Virus record (IMG/VR): IMGVR_UViG_3300001450_000115
Span: 1 to 35,587 of that record
Length of the DNA stretch: 35,587 nt
DNA from: a virus
Taxonomy: Duplodnaviria; Caudoviricetes
Reading direction: 5' to 3' (one strand)
Shown here: positions 1-6,425 of the stretch, piece after piece
How positions within the stretch are numbered: position 1 is the first letter of the stretch
Layout of the letters: the number at the start of each line of letters is the position of its first letter
Notes under the pieces: model-generated
Seen by the model: the letters and a program-made list of their open reading frames with translations, nothing else
What the model was told of the DNA's origin: nothing
Database searches by the model: none
Translations under genes and position numbers: made by a program

Positions 1-12
1 TCATAAGATCCC

Positions 13-40
13 GGCACAGACCTCAAAATGCTGTATTGTA
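13..40 (+). promoter_or_regulatory. Repeated early-promoter-like element, copy 1 (GGCAC-N10-ATGCTGTATTGTA)
   Basis: Same motif and spacing as 323-350. It lies just upstream of a short ORF, and TATTGT resembles a -10 box. Confidence 0.6.
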
Positions 41-63
41 GATGAATGAACAACACTACTCCG

Positions 64-279
64 ATGCAGACTTACACCGACCCTTGCACCTATGCGATGC
101 AGAACGATATGCGCCAACTGAAAGAGATGATCGCATCAGATCTGGCAGCGTACATGCTGGAGATGATGCCTGACCTAGAGATGAGCGTCGATTTCGTTTG
201 CGATCGTTTCGGACTTGATTGCAGCGATGAACTCGTGGATTTTGTCGCAGACTGCCATGATGAGTTCTTCGGCAACTGA
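64..279 (+). CDS. Small acidic hypothetical phage protein (about 71 aa)
   Basis: Part of ORF 46..279. ATG 64 is preferred because ATG 46 sits only about 6 nt after the putative -10 box, and a CA-rich leader precedes 64 as in the next gene. Confidence 0.7.
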   Translation: MQTYTDPCTYAMQNDMRQLKEMIASDLAAYMLEMMPDLEMSVDFVCDRFGLDCSDELVDFVADCHDEFFGN

Positions 280-290
280 TACCCGATAGC

Positions 291-316
291 GTGTGCCGGT
301 CGATGAACTGGCATAC
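291..316 (+). repeat. Intergenic inverted repeat / stem-loop
   Basis: GTGTGCCGGT-cgatga-ACTGGCATAC forms a 10-bp stem with two G-U pairs, between a stop codon and the repeated promoter element. Confidence 0.7.
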
Positions 317-322
317 AAAATA

Positions 323-350
323 GGCACTGCCCCGCAGATGCTGTATTGTA
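323..350 (+). promoter_or_regulatory. Repeated early-promoter-like element, copy 2
   Basis: GGCAC-tgccccgcag-ATGCTGTATTGTA, 310 bp from copy 1, followed by a CA-rich leader and ATG 380. Confidence 0.6.
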
Positions 351-379
351 TTAACAAGTCAAACAACCAACCCCAAATC

Positions 380-727
380 ATGCGTAAGATCGAAACCCAG
401 ATGAACGCCGCCATCCAGTCTAACCGCAATTGGAGTTCAGGTAATACGGCAGTTTATTTCGATGCAGAATCAGGCGTCAGCGTCGTCCGTCTCTACGGCA
501 ATAAGATCGCAGAAGTTTCAGACGACACCATGACCATTTTCGATGGTGGATTCCAGAGCGTCACCACCAAGAGCAGACTCAACGCGCTCTGTGATGAATT
601 CTGCGTTGCTGGCGAAGGCGTCTTTCAAAAAAACTATCAGTGGTTTGTTCGTAAGTTCGTTGGGCAGGCAGGACCCTCCAAGGTCTTCAATGCTGATGAG
701 TTCGTCAATGGTTACGTGTTTGCCTGA
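380..727 (+). CDS. Hypothetical phage protein (MRKIETQMNAAI..., 115 aa)
   Basis: Part of ORF 293..727. The upstream extension overlaps the hairpin and promoter repeat, so ATG 380 is the likely start. It resembles small early-region proteins of cyanomyoviruses. Confidence 0.75.
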   Translation: MRKIETQMNAAIQSNRNWSSGNTAVYFDAESGVSVVRLYGNKIAEVSDDTMTIFDGGFQSVTTKSRLNALCDEFCVAGEGVFQKNYQWFVRKFVGQAGPSKVFNADEFVNGYVFA

Positions 728-764
728 TCCGTCCCTTTATTCTTTACACAAACCTCACTCTAAT

Positions 765-1685
765 ATGACTCCAATTCTTCACATCGAACACCCAGAAGAT
801 TCTGTACTCACAGGCGACTTAAGTTTCCTCGACGCTATTAGAAACCGAGGCACGTTAAGTGTGAAGATGGATGGAGCACCGGCAATAGTTTGGGGCGTTA
901 ATCCTGCTACGGGTAAGTTCTTTGTAGGGACGAAATCTGTCTTCAACAAAGTAAAGATCAAAATCAACGAATCACACCAGGACATTGATAAGAACCACAA
1001 GGGAGAGGTTGCACAAATCCTCCATAAGTGCTTTGACTATCTACCACAAACCGGAGGCATATATCAAGGCGATTTCATAGGGTTAGGCGGGTCTGATGAG
1101 TATACCCCGAACACGATTACGTATAAATTCGATGATATTGTAGATGAGGAGATTATCGTTGCCCCGCATACTTACTACACAGCAGAGAGTGACTTAAGAG
1201 ACGCAATCGCACACCCGCTGAAGTTCACTATCACCGATACAGTTTACTGCAAGTTCGTAACACCTCGTGCTTATATTTGGTCGGGTTCTTATAGTGAACT
1301 CGGCACGGAGTTTGAGTTACCCCCAGCGATGACTGCAGTGATGTCGTTGTTACCTACTGTAGAGTTCGTGACTGATAAGGAAGCAGCACAGATCCGCATC
1401 AATGTGAATCGTTCGTTGCGTGAGGGTAATGCACTACGAGTAGAGGACTTCAACGGCAATGTAACACTTATGCACCTCTACGGTTTGGTTCAGTATATCA
1501 AGGAAGAATGCCTGAATCAGTGTAGAGTTCTGAACGGTCCGGAAGCATACATCAATCAAGAGAGAATAGATGCTGAGGGTTATGTCTACTCATACGAGGG
1601 TAATGTATACAAATTGGTCAATCGCAAGCAGTTCAGTGTTGCTAACTTCAACAACACTAAGTTTGAACAACCGGTTGCAATTTGA
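765..1685 (+). CDS. DUF6267-like protein with a ligase/covalent nucleotidyltransferase-like fold (306 aa)
   Basis: HIEHPED N-terminus; SVKMDGAP (KxDG motif I), YQGDF, EGYV and KLVNR occur in the order of ligase motifs I, III, IV and V. ATG 765 avoids overlap with the upstream gene. Confidence 0.65.
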   Translation: MTPILHIEHPEDSVLTGDLSFLDAIRNRGTLSVKMDGAPAIVWGVNPATGKFFVGTKSVFNKVKIKINESHQDIDKNHKGEVAQILHKCFDYLPQTGGIYQGDFIGLGGSDEYTPNTITYKFDDIVDEEIIVAPHTYYTAESDLRDAIAHPLKFTITDTVYCKFVTPRAYIWSGSYSELGTEFELPPAMTAVMSLLPTVEFVTDKEAAQIRINVNRSLREGNALRVEDFNGNVTLMHLYGLVQYIKEECLNQCRVLNGPEAYINQERIDAEGYVYSYEGNVYKLVNRKQFSVANFNNTKFEQPVAI

Positions 1686-1703
1686 GCAGTCTTATGGTAT
1701 ACT
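1675..1703 (+). promoter_or_regulatory. Sigma70-type promoter with extended -10
   Basis: TTGCAA (1675-1680), 17-bp spacer ending TGG, then TATACT (1698-1703). Confidence 0.7.
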
Positions 1704-1837
1704 TAGAGGACGCACAGTAAGCATTAGATAAGAGCAGTTGTTTGGGGGCGTTTTATGTTCGCGTCCCGCCCCTTAGCTAAAAACGCATAGAGACCCTAAC
1801 CTACAACGGACCGAATTCGCGAGATAGATATCAAGTT

Positions 1838-1904
1838 CAAAAAAAATTCCCCCAGGTATTAGACCCTTTCAAATACCTCCGAGCAAAAAAAATTCCCCCA
1901 GGTA
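1838..1904. repeat. Perfect 21-bp direct repeat CAAAAAAAATTCCCCCAGGTA x2
   Basis: Copies at 1838-1858 and 1884-1904 (46-bp period). An inverted repeat AGGTATT/AATACCT lies at 1854-1860 and 1872-1878. Confidence 0.9.
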
Positions 1905-1961
1905 AAAAGGATCCTGTAAGGTTCGCTACTGATATATACCAAAGAGGTGCATAAATTTACT

Positions 1962-2108
1962 ATGAATATTTCAATCGAGACCTATGAGAAAGAACTACTC
2001 ATAGAGGCACTTGAATATAGATTAGAGAATGACGAAGGGTTAATAAGAGATTATGGAACGAAGGAAGAACTCACATATTTGTTAGAGAAGTTAGCAGAGG
2101 GATACTAA
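1962..2108 (+). CDS. Small acidic hypothetical protein (48 aa, MNISIETYEKELLIEALEYRLEND...)
   Basis: Translated by hand; below the ORF-track cutoff. GAGGTG lies upstream and the sequence looks like an amphipathic helix. Confidence 0.65.
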   Translation: MNISIETYEKELLIEALEYRLENDEGLIRDYGTKEELTYLLEKLAEGY

Positions 2109-2111
2109 ATA
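2105..2111 (+). promoter_or_regulatory. T4-type late promoter-like CTAAATA
   Basis: Overlaps the stop codon of the upstream ORF; the same variant precedes gp15 and gp18. Confidence 0.5.
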
Positions 2112-2125
2112 AGGTATAACAGCGA

Positions 2126-2154
2126 TTGCATTGAATGACTCGCTGTGGTATAAT
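2126..2154 (+). promoter_or_regulatory. Sigma70-type early promoter
   Basis: TTGCAT, 17-bp spacer, TATAAT with an extended TG. Inverted repeat ACAGCGA (2119-2125) / TCGCTGT (2140-2146) brackets the -35 box. Confidence 0.8.
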
Positions 2155-2178
2155 AACAATGTCACTTAATTCATTTTT

Positions 2179-2928
2179 ATGGCTAAAGGATTTACAGTAA
2201 AGACTGCTGCACCTACTCCGAAGAAAGTAGAAGACTTTAATTTAGAAGCAGCAAAAGAAATAATTCGTGGTAAGACAGTAGTATTCTGTCTACCTGGTAG
2301 AGGGTGTTCATATGCATTTTTGAAGTCCTTCGTACAACTTTGTTTTGATCTTGTACAGACTGGTGCAAGTATACAGATCAGTCAAGATTATAGTTCAATG
2401 GTAAACTTCGCAAGATGTAAGTGTCTTGGTGCGAATGTACTCAGAGGACCAAATCAGAAACCTTGGGATGGTAAGTTAGAGTATGATTATCAGTTATGGA
2501 TTGACTCTGATATTGTATTTGATACAGAGAAGTTCTTCCGTCTTGTAGCAATGGAGAAAGATATTGCTGCTGGATGGTATATGACTGAAGATGGTCGTAC
2601 TACATCTGTTGCACATTGGTTAGAGGAAGGAGACTTCCGTAATAATGGTGGTGTGATGAATCATGAGACTGGGGAATCAATGAGTAAGCGTAAGAAACCG
2701 TTCACTGTTGATTACACAGGTTTTGGATGGGTTCTGATTAAGAAGGGCGTATTTGAGAGTCTACCTTATCCATGGTTTGCTCCGAAGATGCAAACGTTTG
2801 AATCAGGAGAGGTCCAAGATATGTGTGGAGAGGATGTGAGTTTCTGTCTAGATGCGATTGAGAAGGGTTATGAGATTTGGTGTGACCCTGTGATTCGTGT
2901 GGGGCATGAAAAAATGCGCGTGATCTGA
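2179..2928 (+). CDS. GT-A fold glycosyltransferase-like protein
   Basis: WIDSDIVF (DxD motif), TGFGWVLIKKGVF, GEDVSFC and a C-terminal VGHEK, as in GT2-like enzymes. Confidence 0.75.
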   Translation: MAKGFTVKTAAPTPKKVEDFNLEAAKEIIRGKTVVFCLPGRGCSYAFLKSFVQLCFDLVQTGASIQISQDYSSMVNFARCKCLGANVLRGPNQKPWDGKLEYDYQLWIDSDIVFDTEKFFRLVAMEKDIAAGWYMTEDGRTTSVAHWLEEGDFRNNGGVMNHETGESMSKRKKPFTVDYTGFGWVLIKKGVFESLPYPWFAPKMQTFESGEVQDMCGEDVSFCLDAIEKGYEIWCDPVIRVGHEKMRVI

Positions 2929-2960
2929 TGAGTTCTTACGTGCTTCTATTGTGTTATACT

Positions 2961-2987
2961 GGGTGGGGTTATAACCGCCCGTTTATT
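2961..2987 (+). terminator. GC-rich hairpin, possible intrinsic terminator
   Basis: GGGTGG-ggttataa-CCGCCC followed by GTTTATT. It is immediately preceded by an extended -10-like TGTTATACT (2952-2960), so its role is ambiguous. Confidence 0.4.
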
Positions 2988-3010
2988 AAAAAATCGCGAA
3001 AAACAAAACT

Positions 3011-3160
3011 ATGGCTAAGATTAAAAAGTCTCTGACTGGTAATTTGATGATTGAGTCTATTCCGAAGAAGACTCGTCAAGGTTCTGGACAACATACAAAG
3101 TATGCAGCATCATCCGGTAATTCCAAACCAAAGCGTTATCGTGGTCAAGGTAGAGGTTAA
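3011..3160 (+). CDS. Small basic protein (49 aa, MAKIKKSLTG...KPKRYRGQGRG)
   Basis: Translated by hand; K/R/G-rich with an A-rich leader. It fills the gap between 2928 and 3186. Confidence 0.8.
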   Translation: MAKIKKSLTGNLMIESIPKKTRQGSGQHTKYAASSGNSKPKRYRGQGRG

Positions 3161-3185
3161 TAGATAAACTAGTTGTAAACTTTTT

Positions 3186-3863
3186 ATGTCTTGTTTGATT
3201 GCGAATCTTCCGTCACAGGAAGTCTGGGTACGTAAAGAGTATCTAACGGATCATCAGTCTGGTCATGGAGAATTCGTCAAGGGCGTCTGGGTATCGGTTA
3301 AATCGATTCCTGGGCGTGCTTTTTATTTTGAAACATACTTACCAGAGTATGCGGCAATGTACGATAAACTGCCTATCAGTGCCTTTGTAACCGATCCTGA
3401 GACCCCTACACCTGATATGAGTCTACCTAACCTGCAATTCTGGAACTGCATGGACTACGGGGTTGTATCAGTGGATAAGAAGTTCATTGGTTCAATGGAC
3501 TTTGAGTGTTATACACGGGATCATGGTAATGTTAAGGGCACATATGTGTGTACGATTGATAATTATCATCATGATCCAGACTATGTTGATTATGCGACCA
3601 GTGAGAATCCTGCTGAACACAAGTCTCATAACTTGATTGAGTTGGAAAATGGACAATATGCACTCTATCCAAACAATAGACTACGCATTTATGATAATAG
3701 TTTGACGCCAGTCGAACCAAAGATGCCTGATTTTAAGGTATCAACTCAGTATTACCAGGTTGAAAATGGATTTGATCGACTTGGAATGGGTCGTGAAGAT
3801 GAATATTTCTGGAAAACTGCTAAAGAACAAATAAATAACGAAAAAGAGGAGACAAATGGGTAA
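3186..3863 (+). CDS. Conserved hypothetical phage protein (225 aa)
   Basis: Clean ORF with a globular, aromatic-rich sequence (WVRKEYL, LQFWNC, EHKSHN, YPNNRL). Function not recognised. Confidence 0.8.
   Translation: MSCLIANLPSQEVWVRKEYLTDHQSGHGEFVKGVWVSVKSIPGRAFYFETYLPEYAAMYDKLPISAFVTDPETPTPDMSLPNLQFWNCMDYGVVSVDKKFIGSMDFECYTRDHGNVKGTYVCTIDNYHHDPDYVDYATSENPAEHKSHNLIELENGQYALYPNNRLRIYDNSLTPVEPKMPDFKVSTQYYQVENGFDRLGMGREDEYFWKTAKEQINNEKEETNG
3831..3837 (+). promoter_or_regulatory. Late promoter-like ATAAATA
   Basis: 18 nt upstream of ATG 3856, with a GAGGAG ribosome-binding site in between. Confidence 0.45.
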
Positions 3864-4077
3864 CTCACCAGTTGATAGAGACACAAATTACATGAAAGAT
3901 ACATGGGGAACGACCAGTTTGGTTACAGATCACTGGTCACTTCCTGGTGAATCACCTCAGGAGACTCCTGTTGAGTTGAAAGAGGTGTTAAATGATGAAG
4001 CAAAACCTATCGAGGGTGCTAAAAAACAAGTACTTTCTGAAGAATCATATTACGATTCAATTCCAAATCGTTACTAA
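3856..4077 (+). CDS. Small acidic hypothetical protein (73 aa)
   Basis: Strong GAGGAG RBS; overlaps the upstream stop by 8 nt. Confidence 0.75.
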   Translation: MGNSPVDRDTNYMKDTWGTTSLVTDHWSLPGESPQETPVELKEVLNDEAKPIEGAKKQVLSEESYYDSIPNRY

Positions 4078-4081
4078 CCAT

Positions 4082-4089
4082 TATAGATA
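4082..4089 (+). promoter_or_regulatory. Late promoter variant TATAGATA
   Basis: One mismatch from TATAAATA; intergenic, 24 nt upstream of gp25. Confidence 0.5.
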
Positions 4090-4113
4090 CTATGTCGAAG
4101 TGTATCAGAACAG

Positions 4114-4512
4114 ATGCCATCTAAGCGTTCACGTAGTTTTAGGGATATCAGTCTATCTTTTAAACGTCATCCCATAACAAACGATGTAACAATTCTGAAA
4201 AATGAAGATGCAATTAAAAAATCTATCATAAATCTTGTCCGAACCAAAATTGGAGAGAGATTTTTTAACGATATTTTAGGAACATCTGTTGGCGATACAC
4301 TTTTTGAATTAGATACATTTGATAATGATATATTGAGGGAAGAAATTATTACATTATTGAAAAATTATGAACCTAGAATCGAACTGACCAACGTTTTTAC
4401 TGAGACTCAGACCGATACTAATGATTTATTCATTCAAATTGAGTATGACATCGTTGGATTACCACTTCCTACACAATTTATAGAGTTTATCTTACAACCT
4501 TCCAGGGTATAA
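4114..4512 (+). CDS. gp25: Baseplate wedge subunit gp25 (GPW/gp25 family)
   Basis: FRDISLSF...AIKKSIINLVRTKIGERFF...YEPRI motifs; directly upstream of gp6. Confidence 0.9.
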   Translation: MPSKRSRSFRDISLSFKRHPITNDVTILKNEDAIKKSIINLVRTKIGERFFNDILGTSVGDTLFELDTFDNDILREEIITLLKNYEPRIELTNVFTETQTDTNDLFIQIEYDIVGLPLPTQFIEFILQPSRV

Positions 4513-6422
4513 TGGCATTCAATCAGTTTACCAATCTCGATTTTAATGATATCCGAGAGCAGATAAAGGATTATCTGAGGTCGAATAGTAATTTCACGGA
4601 CTTTGACTTTGAAGGATCCAACTTTTCGGTCCTAATCGACACGTTAGCATATAATTCATACGTTACTGCCTATAACACTAACATGGCAGTGAACGAATCG
4701 TTCATTGATAGTGCGACATTAAGAGAGAATGTCGTATCTTTAGCAAGAAATATTGGATATGTACCTAGATCGAAGAAAGCAGCAGCAGCAAGAATCACTT
4801 TTAGTGCAAGTGTAAATGCTAGATCGGTTATATTGAAGAAAGGTGTTGTTGCACTGGGTGGTGCAAACAACTCAAACTACATTTTTTCGATTCCAGAAGA
4901 CATTACAGCATCTCCAAACTCTTCAGGAGTTGTAACATTTAGTAATATTGAAATTTTTGAAGGAAATTTACTGAAAAAAACATTTTTTGTGAATGATTCC
5001 CAACCAGATGCAAAATATATCCTACCAAACAGCAATATTGACACTTCCTCCATCCGTGTTCAGACCGTTGGAACTGCGGTGGAGGAATATGCACCATATA
5101 CAAATATTTTTAACGTCGATGCTGATACTCGTTTGTATCTTATTCAGGAAATTGCGGATGAAAAATACCAAATTCTTTTCGGAGACAATATTTTAGGTAA
5201 AAAACCACCCAATGGAAGCAAGATTGAAATCACCTATATTGAAACCACTGGTGCCGCAGCAAATGGTGCAAGTAATTTTACATTTTCTGGTCAATTAGTT
5301 GCAAAAAGTGAAGGAAGAGATAGAAATGTAACAAATAATATCTCTGCCATAACGACCCTACAAGCGGCAGAACAGGGTGATGAGATAGAAAGTATTGATA
5401 CCATCAAATACCTTGCTCCTAGGGTCTATGCATCGCAGTACAGAGCAGTCACTGCCAATGATTATACTAGTCTGATACCTTTTCTGTATCCCAATGTTGA
5501 TTCTGTCTCGGCATACGGTGGTGAAGAACTAGATCCTCCAGAATACGGCAAAGTTTTTATTACAGTCAAACCTAAAAATGGTGATTTCCTCTCCGACGTG
5601 GCAAAAAACACGATTAAGAGTAAATTGAAGGAATACACCATTGCTGGTATAAGGCAAGAGTTCTTGGATCTGAAATATCTGTATGTGGAGTATGATAGTA
5701 CGGTCTCATATGATCCAGGATCTATTACAAGCACTGAAGACCTGTATAGTAGGGTTACAAATGCAATTGTAAATTACTCTAAGTCAACTGATATTAATTC
5801 TTTCGGTGGAAGATTAAAGTATAGCAAACTTCTTCGTCAGATTGATAATGTTGATAGTGGAATTACTTCAAATATCACTAATCTTGTGATGAGAAGGAAT
5901 TTAGTTCCTGCATACGACAGTCTTGCCAATTATGAACTCTGTTATGCAAATAAATTTCATGCTGAGGTAGAAGGTTTCAATATTAGGTCATCTGGATTTA
6001 AAGTTTCGGGTATTACCGAAACTCTTTTTCTGACTGATGTCCCTGATACTAATATCACCATTCCGGGAAGACCAGTTCAAGTAGCACCAACGACTGGATC
6101 TATATCAGTCATCAAATTTAATCAAAGTAATGAGATTATTACTGTTATTGGAAGTGCTGGAACTGTTGACTATGTAAAAGGTGAGATCATTCTCTTCCCA
6201 ATTAGCATTTCATCGACTTCACTGCCCAATAGAATTGAAATTGGAGTCACACCCGAATCGAATGATATTATTGCAAAAGAGAACCTTTATATTGTCCTAG
6301 ATACTACAGGAAAAAGTGTTTTAACACTTAAGGAAGATTTAGTTACTTCTGGGTCAAATAGATCGAGTTCAAACTATGTTCCTCCTTCAAGTTACACTAG
6401 CAGCACGAAATTTACTCGATAA
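4512..6422 (+). CDS. gp6: Baseplate wedge subunit gp6
   Basis: LDFNDIREQIKDYL, DFDFEGSNFSVLIDTLAYN, ESFIDSATLRENVVSLARNIGY and QYRAVTANDY motifs. Confidence 0.95.
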   Translation: MAFNQFTNLDFNDIREQIKDYLRSNSNFTDFDFEGSNFSVLIDTLAYNSYVTAYNTNMAVNESFIDSATLRENVVSLARNIGYVPRSKKAAAARITFSASVNARSVILKKGVVALGGANNSNYIFSIPEDITASPNSSGVVTFSNIEIFEGNLLKKTFFVNDSQPDAKYILPNSNIDTSSIRVQTVGTAVEEYAPYTNIFNVDADTRLYLIQEIADEKYQILFGDNILGKKPPNGSKIEITYIETTGAAANGASNFTFSGQLVAKSEGRDRNVTNNISAITTLQAAEQGDEIESIDTIKYLAPRVYASQYRAVTANDYTSLIPFLYPNVDSVSAYGGEELDPPEYGKVFITVKPKNGDFLSDVAKNTIKSKLKEYTIAGIRQEFLDLKYLYVEYDSTVSYDPGSITSTEDLYSRVTNAIVNYSKSTDINSFGGRLKYSKLLRQIDNVDSGITSNITNLVMRRNLVPAYDSLANYELCYANKFHAEVEGFNIRSSGFKVSGITETLFLTDVPDTNITIPGRPVQVAPTTGSISVIKFNQSNEIITVIGSAGTVDYVKGEIILFPISISSTSLPNRIEIGVTPESNDIIAKENLYIVLDTTGKSVLTLKEDLVTSGSNRSSSNYVPPSSYTSSTKFTR

Positions 6423-6425
6423 GAA

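Noticed and set aside
293-379. N-terminal extension of ORF 293..727
   Set aside because: It overlaps the hairpin and repeated promoter element; ATG 380 fits the repeat-leader architecture better.
543-764. N-terminal extension of ORF 543..1685
   Set aside because: It overlaps the upstream gene out of frame; the recognisable sequence begins at MTPILHIEHPED (765).
1755-1790. Micro-ORF MFASRPLAKNA in the non-coding junction
   Set aside because: Only 11 codons and coincident with the hairpin arms; no evidence of coding, although a leader peptide cannot be fully excluded.
1838-1904. Possible mini-CRISPR array
   Set aside because: Only two 21-bp homopolymer-rich, non-palindromic copies with a 25-bp gap, and no cas genes in the window.
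1686-1961. tRNA gene in the largest intergenic gap
   Set aside because: GTTCG/GTTCA strings occur, but no cloverleaf with acceptor, D, anticodon and T stems could be built by eye; tRNAscan-SE would settle it.
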